A DNA stretch of 64,000 nucleotides from Synechococcus sp. (lineage in GTDB: Bacteria > Cyanobacteriota > Cyanobacteriia > Thermostichales > PCC-7336), in NCBI GenBank assembly GCA_051439425.1, contig JBFRWD010000102.1:9859-73858 (forward strand). The letters run 5' to 3'. Position numbers and translations under genes: made by a program. Of the stretch, positions 21,570-31,856 are shown piece after piece. The notes beneath the pieces were generated by a model. That model ran no database searches and had not been told where the DNA came from. It saw only the letters and a program-made list of their open reading frames with translations. Position 1 is the first letter of the stretch. Each line of letters starts with the position of its first letter.

Positions 21570-21600
21570 CATTGTCACAACAATCATTGTCACAACAATC
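21570..21600. repeat. 15-bp perfect tandem duplication in a divergent promoter region
   Basis: CATTGTCACAACAAT twice in tandem. Confidence 0.8.
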
Positions 21601-21713
21601 GGCCAATATTAAAGGATGTTGCAATCCTGGGATAGTATTCGTAAATCTCTAAGGCCACATGGTAATTTGATTCCCATTGGATACCGTTCTGTTCGGAAAT
21701 CAGGAGCCTGACA

Positions 21714-21932
21714 TTGCTAGCCTCTTCATCCAGCTTTTCTACCCCGTCCGATTTGTCTGGCCAGCAGGGCACCATTCTTGATTACGTTGCCGATATGCAA
21801 CTGCACATGGCACTTCAGTCTCGCAACCTGATCCCTGGGATGAACTCTGAGACGGTTAATAACAGTCGCTTGGAAATGCTGACGGAAGCGCAAGCAGCAT
21901 CCGAGAAATCTGCCTCCCGTCAGTGGTTGTAA
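21714..21932 (+). CDS. Small hypothetical protein
   Basis: AGGAG Shine-Dalgarno upstream and terminator downstream; YVAD.QLHMALQ.RNL.P resembles small cyanobacterial hypothetical proteins. Confidence 0.7.
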   Translation: MLASSSSFSTPSDLSGQQGTILDYVADMQLHMALQSRNLIPGMNSETVNNSRLEMLTEAQAASEKSASRQWL

Positions 21933-22014
21933 ACAGCAAACGATAGTTCCACAAGTTTGCTCTGCGCGCAGTCTGTAAACACCGCAGTACGACAAATTAA
22001 TTCCGACATAGAAC

Positions 22015-22045
22015 CGCGGTAGTCCAATAGCTACCGTGTTTTTTT
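22015..22045 (+). terminator. Intrinsic terminator
   Basis: CGCGGTAG-TCCAATAG-CTACCGTG followed by T7. Confidence 0.7.
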
Positions 22046-22190
22046 ATGCCCCCATCCGAGACAAGTGACTTGGCTGGCTTTTAACAATCCTTTACGATTG
22101 AACTGTTATTGGGTGTCGTAATGCTTGAGGTGCGTATACACCCGCACTTCACCCAGATACCATGCCATTCGTTAGGTTGCCATCCTTACG

Positions 22191-22760
22191 ATGCTGTCCC
22201 GTCTACCTGTCACCCTCAGCACGCGACCCCTCAGCGCTGGCGTTCTTGTCTTTATTTGGGGATTGATTGAATCTAGCAACCCAACCATTAACCTGATTGG
22301 CTATACCGGTGGTATTCCCTTGATTTTGGGAGGGTTGGTGATGAAAGCAGTAGAACTCAAGCCAGTCCCAGCGATGTACGATGTCACCCCCGAGCTTGAG
22401 AAAGCTCGCGAACAGCAATCGACGGAAATTCAGCAACAGATTATTGGTGATATCACCAAGTACAACTACGGTGCAGATGCCCATCTCGACACCGCCTTGG
22501 AAGCCCTAAACCTCAAGGGAAGAACCGATGCAGAACTTCCCCGCATTGAAGGCTATGGGGAAGAACTGCGGGACGGTCGCTACACTCTCGTATTGCGCTT
22601 CAACACCTCTCGCTTACCCTTCGAGCGCTGGGAGAAAAGTTACGAGAAGAAGATGAAAACCTTCTTCGGTCACGATGTGGATGTGGAACTCACACAACCC
22701 CAAAAAGACATTGCACAAATCGCCATCATCACTAAACAGGGAGCCGTTTCTCCGTCCTAG
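22191..22760 (+). CDS. DUF2854-like thylakoid membrane protein
   Basis: Two N-terminal TM helices; GIPLILGGL.MK..ELKP, KYNYG..AHLD.ALE.L and FFG motifs. Confidence 0.8.
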   Translation: MLSRLPVTLSTRPLSAGVLVFIWGLIESSNPTINLIGYTGGIPLILGGLVMKAVELKPVPAMYDVTPELEKAREQQSTEIQQQIIGDITKYNYGADAHLDTALEALNLKGRTDAELPRIEGYGEELRDGRYTLVLRFNTSRLPFERWEKSYEKKMKTFFGHDVDVELTQPQKDIAQIAIITKQGAVSPS

Positions 22761-22867
22761 TTCCTGACATCCCGAGAACAGTTGAGTGAAGACTGTCTGT
22801 AGTCTGAATCATCTCAATCAGGGCACACATTACGAGAGGTGCGGCAAAACCCATCACCTACGAGCGT

Positions 22868-23359
22868 TTAGATCGGCACTGACGGACGATCGATCGCTCG
22901 CAGCCCCCCAAAGCGCTCGGCAATGATGTCGTCGTAGGTATCGGCGATCGCAGCCACGCACAAAATGCACGTCTGCAACTCCAGTAAATCCAAGCTGTCG
23001 CCACCCAACACGCTTTCTGAAAACACCACGTTGTTACTGTCATCCAGTTGAAAGGCACCAAACTGCATGCGGCGATTTTCGGACAGGAGGTAGTGCATTA
23101 ACTCGGTATCCATCGCAGTGCCGATAGTGACGCAACTGGTTGCCCGCACAATTGCCATATCCGAGTCATCCCACGGGTGAATCTCCCAGGGTAGAACTTC
23201 GACCTCTAGCATGGTGGACTCGTACAACAGATCGAACTTGGGGCGATCGCCGATCGCTCGCATCGAGTCTTTGAACAAGCGCGAAGTCGTGAGGTAATCG
23301 GCCACTTTCTGGTAGGTAACGGCCTGAGTTTGGCTGATCGAGGGTACTGATTCTGACAT
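22868..23359 (-). CDS. YbjN/CesT-like chaperone-domain protein
   Basis: YLL.EN..M.FGAF.LD and ADTYDD.I..RFGG.RA motifs. Confidence 0.8.
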   Translation of the reverse strand: MSESVPSISQTQAVTYQKVADYLTTSRLFKDSMRAIGDRPKFDLLYESTMLEVEVLPWEIHPWDDSDMAIVRATSCVTIGTAMDTELMHYLLSENRRMQFGAFQLDDSNNVVFSESVLGGDSLDLLELQTCILCVAAIADTYDDIIAERFGGLRAIDRPSVPI

Positions 23360-23788
23360 GCAAGCGATTCGGATACAGAGGAGAAGAACGGGCTGAGTGG
23401 CAGCAATGGCGAGCCGACTAACTTAGCCTGCCTCCAAACACGTTAAAACATCCGATTGCATTTGCGATCCTCATATTCGATCGATGCATCTGTGTCCGGA
23501 CACATATTCGGAGCTGCCCATCGAACCAAGACTGACAGCATCATCGTTGCCATATCGAGACACCCCCTACCCCCCTCCTTAATCATTAGTCTTTCAATGC
23601 CAGCCCAACCAATCCTGAAAAAAGGCTGGGAGAGCAACGCGATATGCAAGGGATCTTTGGAGGCAAACTCCGCCCATTAAAGGCTCATTAAAATTGAGGC
23701 AACCTTGACTTAACGAAATAGCTAGCTTTAGATCGAGAGATTAGTTCTTCTCTTGCAGTTCTCTGTTCCAGCTATAACGGCCAGTTTC

Positions 23789-24742
23789 ATGACCAAAAAT
23801 CTCCCGATGCTCGCCCAACAGACTCCAACCGGAGACTTGGATATTTGCGATCGCCGGGTCGATTTTTTTACTCGACTAGTCAAAGGCGTCCTCGTTCTCG
23901 CCGGAGCAATTCTAACCATTACCCAAGTGGTGCAAATGATCCTCGATGGACAGAGTCTATCGCTATGGCTGGGGTTAGTAGCAGGCACTGGAATGACGTG
24001 GTTCGGTTGGAAAGCCCATCTGCGCAGCACCATCAAGCGAGTAGTGCTCAGGCATTCGTTCTCCGACAAATGGTTGGTGTGGTCTATCCCACTGGTTGTC
24101 ATCGCCTCCATCGTTACCTTGCGTTACGTGGTGGGTCGCGAAACATTTCGAGGCATCAATGAAGAGGGAGGCGTGATTGAATACGGCACCTGTATAGCGT
24201 TCTTTCTAGCAGCCGTGTTTGCTGTACCCGTTGCCAAACAGTTGTGGAGACAAGGAAACAGAGTGCTGGGAGGGGCGTATGGTCTATTCACCCTCCTGTT
24301 GGGGTTTGTAGCATTTGAGGAAATTAGCTGGGGGCAGCGCCTCTTGGGAGTGAAGTCACCGGAATTTTTCGAGACTCACAATTCCCAAGCCGAGATCACG
24401 CTGCATAACTTGCTTTGGGTAAACGAGCTGATCGATCCCGCATTAATTGTGGTTGGGCTGCTGGGGGCATTTAGCTGGTTCTTGCTGGGAGCGCTCTCTC
24501 GTAGCTCGAATAGTCTCCTCAGGGGCGGATACGCGCTGTTTGTGCCGAGCTGGTTTTTGTCCTCCTACTTCCTAGTGGTGAGTGCTGTATACACCTGCAC
24601 CAAATACATCGAGCCCGCTTATTACACTATGAGCATTTACGGAGAGACGGCGGAATTAGTCCTATCCCTCGGGTTCTTGATGCTGGTATTGAGCAGCTAT
24701 TTCCGTCAGTGCGTGAGCAAACACTTTCCATTCAGTCGCTAG
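23789..24742 (+). CDS. Polytopic membrane protein of unknown function
   Basis: About 8 TM helices; EEGG.IE, EEISWGQR and N.Q.E..LHN loop motifs. Start uncertain. Confidence 0.75.
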   Translation: MTKNLPMLAQQTPTGDLDICDRRVDFFTRLVKGVLVLAGAILTITQVVQMILDGQSLSLWLGLVAGTGMTWFGWKAHLRSTIKRVVLRHSFSDKWLVWSIPLVVIASIVTLRYVVGRETFRGINEEGGVIEYGTCIAFFLAAVFAVPVAKQLWRQGNRVLGGAYGLFTLLLGFVAFEEISWGQRLLGVKSPEFFETHNSQAEITLHNLLWVNELIDPALIVVGLLGAFSWFLLGALSRSSNSLLRGGYALFVPSWFLSSYFLVVSAVYTCTKYIEPAYYTMSIYGETAELVLSLGFLMLVLSSYFRQCVSKHFPFSR

Positions 24743-24797
24743 CTCTCTATGCGGCAGTCCTCTACTCCACCTGAAAAGCAGTCCAAGGATGTATAAG

Positions 24798-24883
24798 AAT
24801 CCGCTGTAAGGTCTGGAGTGCGAGGACAGCTCAAGCCCTCGCTCTAACGGAAAATATTGCTAGAGACTTCTCCATGACTGATT
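24798..24883. repeat. Dispersed intergenic repeat, copy 2
   Basis: AATCCGCTGTAAGGTCTGGAGTGCGAGGACAGCTCAA...GCTAGAG...CTCCATGACTGATT. Confidence 0.7.
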
Positions 24884-25051
24884 GCAAAACGCAATAAGCT
24901 CAAGCATTCACATTCAAGGATCTCGGCTCGAAACAAAGTTGGGGGACACGGACAACGTCGGGAGCACTCAATCTGGATTCTCGACAGAAGAAGCCCGACA
25001 GTCCCAAGATCGACTACACTCATCAGCGGTGTCGCAGCCGATCGAACTGTT

Positions 25052-26068
25052 GTGAGAAAGCTCTACTGCCTACTACCGGGAACGACTCCCCCATTTGGCG
25101 GTGGCGGGTTGTGGGCAGAACTCAAGTTTATCGAACTGGCCCGACAATTCTGTGAGGTGGAGATCGTCACCTACCGCCAGTACGAACCCAACCGCCCCTT
25201 TCTCGACACACTACACAACCGACACGATCCCTCCGGCATCTTTGTCATGAGTTGGGGATTTGACGTTAAAAAATTGTCCTATCGCCTGCGTCACGATAAC
25301 GTTGTCTACCACGCCCACAGTTGCGGTTACCCCTTTCGGCTGCCCGTTCGCGTTCCCATCATTGCTGTCAGTCGCAACACCTTGGGCTATTGGGGTCGCA
25401 AAGCTCCAAATTCTCCCTTGTTTTACGTACCGAACTCAATTGGCGAAGAGTTTCGCGATCGCCGCCAGTCTCGTGACATTGACGTATTGGTACAGACTCG
25501 CAAGATGTCCAGCTACGTCCTCGAGCGCTTGGTGCCGGCCTTACAACAGGTGTGCCGAGTTCAGCTAGTCGATCGCTACGTGGATGATTTAGCAGGGTTA
25601 TTTAATCGCTCGAAGGTCTATCTCTACGATTCTGCCGATTATTGGGCAGTGAATGGAGTCACGGAAGGATTTGGATTGCCGCCGATAGAAGCTATGGCCT
25701 GCGGCTGCCAGGTGTTTTCCAGCGTCAACGATGCGCTAGCAGATTACCTCGATCCCGGCTTCAACTGCCAAAAAATCGCTGTCTACTCTCTGGACTACGA
25801 CATCCAGCGCATCCAAGCGGCCGTCTTGGGTCAACAACGCATGTCTGTGGATGCCCGATGTTTCGATCCCTATCGGGATACCGCCGTCTCCAGAAAACTA
25901 CAGCAAGTATTGGTTGACATCAATCTGTTCTTCGATCACCGCGATCGCCACCCCAATTCCCTCCCCCAACTCACATTCTGGCGATTGCAGCAGTTGTGGT
26001 GGCAGCAAATGTTGCAAAAACTGCTCAAACGCCACCAGCGTAAAAAACAAGCGAAACTGATGAAGTAA
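25052..26068 (+). CDS. Glycosyltransferase (GT4-like)
   Basis: EGFGLPPIEAMACGC motif. Confidence 0.88.
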   Translation: MRKLYCLLPGTTPPFGGGGLWAELKFIELARQFCEVEIVTYRQYEPNRPFLDTLHNRHDPSGIFVMSWGFDVKKLSYRLRHDNVVYHAHSCGYPFRLPVRVPIIAVSRNTLGYWGRKAPNSPLFYVPNSIGEEFRDRRQSRDIDVLVQTRKMSSYVLERLVPALQQVCRVQLVDRYVDDLAGLFNRSKVYLYDSADYWAVNGVTEGFGLPPIEAMACGCQVFSSVNDALADYLDPGFNCQKIAVYSLDYDIQRIQAAVLGQQRMSVDARCFDPYRDTAVSRKLQQVLVDINLFFDHRDRHPNSLPQLTFWRLQQLWWQQMLQKLLKRHQRKKQAKLMK

Positions 26069-26244
26069 GCACAGCAGAGATTTACCCAAACTCTAGCAAT
26101 GACAGGACTGACCTCGCTGTCGGTTGCGTGCGATTGCTGGCTGTTTGCAGCGAGTGAAGGTACAACTGTGGCAGCGATCGGCGAATACCCTTGCCTGTTA
26201 ATCCATTTGTCCGCTCGTCACTCTAGCTGTCAACGGATCTGAGT

Positions 26245-27276
26245 TTGCTTGTGAGTCGTTCAACCAGTTCCCTACGATCGTTTGTCATTACCCGACTCCT
26301 GTTGTTGCCAGTCACATTGTGGGCAGTTTCGACCTTCCTATTCGTTCTACTAAGAATCACGGGCGATCCGATCGACGCCGCCCTTGGCCCGCGGGCATCA
26401 GAAGCCGCACGCGAACAAATGCGTCAAGCTATGGGGCTGACTGGCACGTATTTCGAGCAGTACCTGCGCTACATGGGTCAACTGCTGCATTTCGACTTAG
26501 GGACTTCCTTATCAACCACGGGTAAACCCGTTTGGGACATTATTGGGGATTTCTTCCCCGCCACCCTGGAGTTAGCGATTGGCGGTCTAGTTGTCTCCTT
26601 AGTCCTTGCCATTCCATTTGGTTTGCTAGCAGCCACCCATCCCGATAGTCCCATCGACACTGCCACCCGTACCACCGGCATTTTGACGTATGCCATTCCG
26701 GTGTTCTGGATTGGGATGCTCTTGCAACTCATCTTTGGGGTGTTTTTGGGCTGGTTTCCGATTGGCAATCGCTTGCCTCCCGCCCTCAGTCCACCCACAC
26801 ATTTCACGGGGCTATACACCATCGATGCGGCCATTGCCCGAGATTGGCCAACATTCACGGCCGCACTGCACCATTTGGCCATGCCTGCATTCACATTGGG
26901 CTTGGTCTTAGCTGGGGTATTTGCCCGCATGATTCGGGTACATATGTTAGAGGTGCTGACATTGCCATTCATAGCGGCAGCACGGGCAAAAGGTCTGGCC
27001 GAATGGCGGGTGACTCTGCTGCATGCCGGACGGAATGCGCTAGTGCCGATTCTGACCGTGATTGGACTGGCTCTTGCCTCCCTAATGGGGGGCGCATTAC
27101 TGACGGAGGTGACGTTTTCGTGGCCGGGATTGGCCAGACGCTTAATGCTGGCTATTGGCGATCGCGATTATTTCGTGGTGCAGGGGCTAGTGGTATTCTT
27201 CGCTGCGATTGTGGTCACGATGAGTTTGCTGCTGGATATCCTCAACGCTTACATCGATCCCCGCATTCGGTACTGA
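26245..27276 (+). CDS. Peptide/nickel ABC transporter permease (DppB/OppB family)
   Basis: FPATLEL, EAA-loop-like AARAKGL...HA.RNAL.P, TEVTFSWPG and IDPRIRY. Confidence 0.93.
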   Translation: MLVSRSTSSLRSFVITRLLLLPVTLWAVSTFLFVLLRITGDPIDAALGPRASEAAREQMRQAMGLTGTYFEQYLRYMGQLLHFDLGTSLSTTGKPVWDIIGDFFPATLELAIGGLVVSLVLAIPFGLLAATHPDSPIDTATRTTGILTYAIPVFWIGMLLQLIFGVFLGWFPIGNRLPPALSPPTHFTGLYTIDAAIARDWPTFTAALHHLAMPAFTLGLVLAGVFARMIRVHMLEVLTLPFIAAARAKGLAEWRVTLLHAGRNALVPILTVIGLALASLMGGALLTEVTFSWPGLARRLMLAIGDRDYFVVQGLVVFFAAIVVTMSLLLDILNAYIDPRIRY

Positions 27277-29328
27277 TGGCTGCTGCCGTGTGGGTTTCGG
27301 TGCGACATGGGCAGCATAATCGGCTTTAACGCGGTCAAATAGGGTGCGATCGCCGCCTTTCAATCCAACCACTTCGTACAGTTCAGTCTCGGCACTACGG
27401 CCTCTCAACTGCTGAGCCCCCAGGGGATTAACGTCGATCTCGTCCACCACCAAGTCATATACAGATTGGGTCACAATCAGGTCAGTCTTGTATTCCTTGG
27501 TCAACGATTCAACGCGACTCGCTACGTTAACCGCATCACCGATCGCCGTATATTCCAGCCGCTGGGGCGAGCCAATATTTCCGACCACAACGTCCCCAAA
27601 GTTAATCCCAATACCGTTAAACATCAGGGGTTTACCCTCTTTGGCCCATTCTGCTCGCAGATCTGCTAATGCCGATCGCATCGCAAGCGCCGCTTGAATC
27701 GCATTCAACGCATCTTGCTTGTGGCCAGAGCTAACGGGAGAGCCAAATTCCGCCATCACCGCATCCCCAATGAACTTGTCTACACATCCTTGGTGTCGGG
27801 TGATGGCATCCACCATCGTGCCCAAGTAACGATTCAGTTGGGGGACGAGTTCTTCGGGGGGAAGCTGGCTGGAAATGGTGGTGAAGCCCCGAATGTCTGA
27901 GAAGAGCAGAGACACTTTCAGGCTCTTGCCGCGAAAGAGATCTTGCAGGCCCTTTTGTTGGTTGGAGATGATTTCGGCAGCGACCGGAGCAGAGACATAG
28001 CGTTCGAGGGTTGTTTGCATGCGCAGACGACCGAGGCGATCGGCGATCGCAATATTCACCGCATCCGCCATCCCTGAAAAAAACAGCGCCGCACCAGCCC
28101 ATATGGTTACCGTAACAACCCAGCCAGAGAGAAATAGACCATAGGACAGCCCCACCCACACAGTGGTGGCAGCCAATGTTCCCAAGACCACGTATTTCGT
28201 GTTGGTGGGCCGCGTCACTAGCCAGCCTCCCCCCAACCCCACCATCAAGATAGTTAGCATTTGCCAGGGGAGAGGCATAGTTTGCATCCACTGTCGCGTC
28301 TGCAGGTTAGCCAAGTTGGTGAGCACAATTTCCGGCCCCGGCATCCGCCCCCAAGGAGTGGTGTGAATGTCTTGCAGAGCAGGACTGGTGGCTCCAATCA
28401 AGACAATTTTGTCGCGGAAGGTGGTGTCATCAATGTTGGCTGCGCGCAGTGCAGGAACCATCAATTGCGAATAGGAAATGTACTCCAGCGTTCTGAGTTC
28501 GCCGTAGTAGTAAGCCCAGTCCCCCGAACGACGGGGCAGTGATTGTCCAGCTGCCTGCAGGCCAGCTTCCGCCAGTGAGAGAAGCTCTCCCCCGCGTAAG
28601 TGGGGAATGTCTGGGGGTTGAAATGTCGTGGACAGGCGGTAGATAACGCTATTGTCAGCGGGGACGACGTTGGTGTAGCCCACTCGAACGCCAGTATTGA
28701 GAAAGGTAGAAATAGGTAAGGTGACCCGGTTGATGGTGCCTTGGCGGAGATCGGCTTGAGGATAGTGACCTGCCAAAACGATGCGATCGCTATATTGCTC
28801 TAGAACTTCAGCAAAGGTGCGATCGTCGCGGGGACCGTAGGAGCTACCGGTGTTGAAGATAACATCGAAAATAACGGCTTCGGCGCCTGCATCCATTAGC
28901 AGTTCGACGGCTCGGGCATGAACTCTGCGGGGCCACGGCCAGGAGTCCATGGCTTTGAGGATAGGGGTTTCTTCTAGCTCCTCTGGCCACACTAGATCTG
29001 TGACAGTCAAGGCTTCGTCATCAATAGCCAGCAGCACCACATTGTCAGGCGGAGTTGTCTCTCCGCGCAGTCGCGTGAACAGTGACATCAACTCCAGTTC
29101 GTAGCGGGTGAGGGAGAGATTGTGGCGACTAGCTTGCAGGACACGCCCTAGCCATGCAGGCTGTAAAGAAAGAACAAAATCACGGGAAGGCAGACTAATT
29201 AGCCACAAAAATAAGACGATACCGGTAGCTCCCGATATGGCCAGAAGTTGGCGGCGATTTCGCTTAGAGCGCAATCGAGTTGGAGAGCGGGCGAGGCTAT
29301 CTCGTAAAGATTGCAGCGGGCTGAACAT
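27187..29328 (-). CDS. CHASE2-domain class III adenylate cyclase
   Basis: CHASE2 (WPWPR..HA, FDVIF, KIVLIG, MPGPEI), three TM helices, catalytic FSDIRGFT, DKFIGDAVM and YTAIGDAVNVASR. Confidence 0.93.
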   Translation of the reverse strand: MFSPLQSLRDSLARSPTRLRSKRNRRQLLAISGATGIVLFLWLISLPSRDFVLSLQPAWLGRVLQASRHNLSLTRYELELMSLFTRLRGETTPPDNVVLLAIDDEALTVTDLVWPEELEETPILKAMDSWPWPRRVHARAVELLMDAGAEAVIFDVIFNTGSSYGPRDDRTFAEVLEQYSDRIVLAGHYPQADLRQGTINRVTLPISTFLNTGVRVGYTNVVPADNSVIYRLSTTFQPPDIPHLRGGELLSLAEAGLQAAGQSLPRRSGDWAYYYGELRTLEYISYSQLMVPALRAANIDDTTFRDKIVLIGATSPALQDIHTTPWGRMPGPEIVLTNLANLQTRQWMQTMPLPWQMLTILMVGLGGGWLVTRPTNTKYVVLGTLAATTVWVGLSYGLFLSGWVVTVTIWAGAALFFSGMADAVNIAIADRLGRLRMQTTLERYVSAPVAAEIISNQQKGLQDLFRGKSLKVSLLFSDIRGFTTISSQLPPEELVPQLNRYLGTMVDAITRHQGCVDKFIGDAVMAEFGSPVSSGHKQDALNAIQAALAMRSALADLRAEWAKEGKPLMFNGIGINFGDVVVGNIGSPQRLEYTAIGDAVNVASRVESLTKEYKTDLIVTQSVYDLVVDEIDVNPLGAQQLRGRSAETELYEVVGLKGGDRTLFDRVKADYAAHVAPKPTRQQPSVPNAGIDVSVEDIQQQTHRDHNRSEEYH

Positions 29329-29422
29329 GGTGTAAGAACCCGAAAAAAACTGCAGGAAAAGTATTTACTCGAATTAACAAGCTTACGAGCATCTCATCTT
29401 TGCTCCTCACTTGTTTGCTCGC

Positions 29423-30109
29423 TCAAATCAGTAGATCTTCTAAGTCGTCCATGCTGGGGATACAGATAATATCTCGATCACGATCGCGCTGTATCAACCC
29501 TTTTGTCTCCAACTTTCCCAAAATTCGGGTCACCGTCTCTCGTGCCAAACCGCTCAAACTCCCCAACTCTCTGTGGGGCAAATTGGGAATTTCCACCCCC
29601 GCCCGACTCACACGACCGCGAAACTCTGCCAAGAATAAAAGAATATCCACCACACGCGCATTGCTACCCGACTCCCGCAACTGCAACCGCCGATTAATCT
29701 GCCGCAACCGCCGCGAAATCAGCTGGGCCAACCGCACCCCACAGGCCGAGTCCGCCTCCAAAAAATCCACGAACGTCTTCGCCGGTAACAGCGCCACCTT
29801 CGCCTCTGTCAACGAAATCACATCCGTCGATCGCGGCGATTCATCCAACGCCGCCATCTCCCCCACCACTTCCCCCGGGCCCAAAATGTTGAGCGTGACT
29901 TCCTTACCATCAATGTTGTAAGTGCGAATTTTTACCCACCCTTCCACCACAAAATAAACACTGCTGCCCCAGTCATCCTGCAAAATAATCGTCTGATTCT
30001 GGGGATGCTGGCGCACCGTCATCTGCTTGCCCAGATTGCCGAGCACATCGGGAGAAAACCCCTCAAACAAGGGCATCAATCTCAACTCATCCGCAGACAG
30101 ACCGGCCAT
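29423..30109 (-). CDS. Crp/Fnr family transcriptional regulator (cAMP receptor-like)
   Basis: cNMP-binding GEMAALDESPRST; HTH LPHRELGSLSGLARETVTRIL. Confidence 0.92.
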   Translation of the reverse strand: MAGLSADELRLMPLFEGFSPDVLGNLGKQMTVRQHPQNQTIILQDDWGSSVYFVVEGWVKIRTYNIDGKEVTLNILGPGEVVGEMAALDESPRSTDVISLTEAKVALLPAKTFVDFLEADSACGVRLAQLISRRLRQINRRLQLRESGSNARVVDILLFLAEFRGRVSRAGVEIPNLPHRELGSLSGLARETVTRILGKLETKGLIQRDRDRDIICIPSMDDLEDLLI

Positions 30110-30163
30110 GAACTCACCAATGAACGAGCAATTTACTCTCGACAGTAACCAAATCAGCCTGTC

Positions 30164-31642
30164 CTAGCGACCAAAAATCTTAACGATCCCCGATCGCACC
30201 AGTTCAAACAGACTTGCCGTTTCCTCCAACTGCCGCTGCCGATCGCCATCTACAAGTGAGGTCGTTCGCGATCGCTCCGCAATCACCTGTGCAATTCGCT
30301 CTGCCATCTCCGGATTAGCATCCAACAACTGTTGAAACGCCTTGCGCTCGAACGCCAACAACTCCGTATCCTCCACCGCCATCACCGTGGCCGTCCGCAC
30401 CTGGCCCGTCAACACTGCAATTTCGCCAAAATACTCTTCTGCTTTGAGGCGAGCCAACACCGGTCGCCCCGGCTTCAGCAGGACATGTACTTGACCGCTG
30501 AGAATGATGTAAAAGCGATCGCCCTCTTCCCCCGCTCGACACACCATCTCCCCCACCGTATAGCGCAGCAACTGCCCGGAATTGAGAAAGTCCTTCTGCT
30601 GTTCGGGAGAACACATCTGCAAGAAATCCACAGCCTGTAACTTAGCCAATGCCCCTGCAGGCAGCTGCGATCGCCCATTCGGATGATGGCGGCGAATAAT
30701 CGTATCGCGGATTGGAAACGGTACTGTAATCCCGGCTCGCTCTAGGGAGTACCACACCCGCTGGCGAATCTGACTTTGGATCCGTCGCTGTTCCCCCGGA
30801 AGGCGGCTCCAATACAAAACCTGGTAATTAATTGAGAAATCGGCATAGTCCTTCACAATCACCGATACAGGAGGTTGCTGCAGCACACCGTCTACAGATT
30901 GGGCAGCTTGTTGCAACACCCGAATAATTTGACTGGGTGGAGTCTTGTATCCGAGGCCAAAATCGACCTGTTGGGCAAACGCTTTCTCGCGACTGAAATT
31001 GACCAACTTCGAACGGCCAATCGAGCTATTGGGAATCGAGATCGTTTCGCGATCGATAGTCCGAATCACCGTCGCTCGCCAATTCAACGACAACACCTCC
31101 CCCCGACACTCATCCACCGCAATCCAATCCCCCTGCAAAAACGGCGCATCCATTTGCAGGCCAATTCCTGCAAAGAAATTCGCCAGTGTTTCCTGCAGCG
31201 CAAAACCAATCACCACCGCTCCAACCGTCGAGATGGTGAAAATCCAGTTGAAAATCCCCCGCAAATCTACGCCGTCAAACAGGTTAGAAATCAGCAGCGC
31301 CAAAACAGTCGAGCTAATAAATACCTGAGTCAGGTCAAAGAAAATGCGCGGAGGCGGGCGGTTGAGAGTGCGGCGGAGCGGCTCAATCGCACCCTGTACC
31401 ATCAGCACGGAAACAATCACTCCAATCGCCACCGTCAGATAGGGATAAAAACTCCCTAAAAATCTGGGAAACGCCAAGGACAGAGCCAACCACAACCAGA
31501 TGGCCACCTGGCATAACATCAGCGGCACCCCAATCGCCTGATGCCAGCGGGGTAGCGATCGGTAAAGCTGGCGATTGAGCCACCATGTAGAACTCAGACC
31601 AACCGCCAAGACTATTGCTAAAATGCCAACGCTAATTGGCAT
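30164..31642 (-). CDS. MscS-family channel with C-terminal cyclic-nucleotide-binding domain (bCNG type)
   Basis: IGFALQETLANFFAG, NWRAT.IRT, IPNS; C-terminal GEEGDRFYIILSG, FGEIAVLTG..RTATV. Confidence 0.92.
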   Translation of the reverse strand: MPISVGILAIVLAVGLSSTWWLNRQLYRSLPRWHQAIGVPLMLCQVAIWLWLALSLAFPRFLGSFYPYLTVAIGVIVSVLMVQGAIEPLRRTLNRPPPRIFFDLTQVFISSTVLALLISNLFDGVDLRGIFNWIFTISTVGAVVIGFALQETLANFFAGIGLQMDAPFLQGDWIAVDECRGEVLSLNWRATVIRTIDRETISIPNSSIGRSKLVNFSREKAFAQQVDFGLGYKTPPSQIIRVLQQAAQSVDGVLQQPPVSVIVKDYADFSINYQVLYWSRLPGEQRRIQSQIRQRVWYSLERAGITVPFPIRDTIIRRHHPNGRSQLPAGALAKLQAVDFLQMCSPEQQKDFLNSGQLLRYTVGEMVCRAGEEGDRFYIILSGQVHVLLKPGRPVLARLKAEEYFGEIAVLTGQVRTATVMAVEDTELLAFERKAFQQLLDANPEMAERIAQVIAERSRTTSLVDGDRQRQLEETASLFELVRSGIVKIFGR

Positions 31643-31856
31643 ACTCTTTCACCGAGTTAGTACCATCACCGGAATCATTCGTCATCCGGATTGCAATCCT
31701 CATTCGAAGATGTCTGCTGCCCTACTAGCACACCGACCTCGGGGGCTGCTGCTCCAGTTTTAGCGCAAGCCCGTTTCTCTGGCCGCTGTCCTCAATGAGT
31801 AAGTGAGACAATCGGTTGCATTGATTTCCGGACCCGTTATTTGTGAGGCTGACCGA

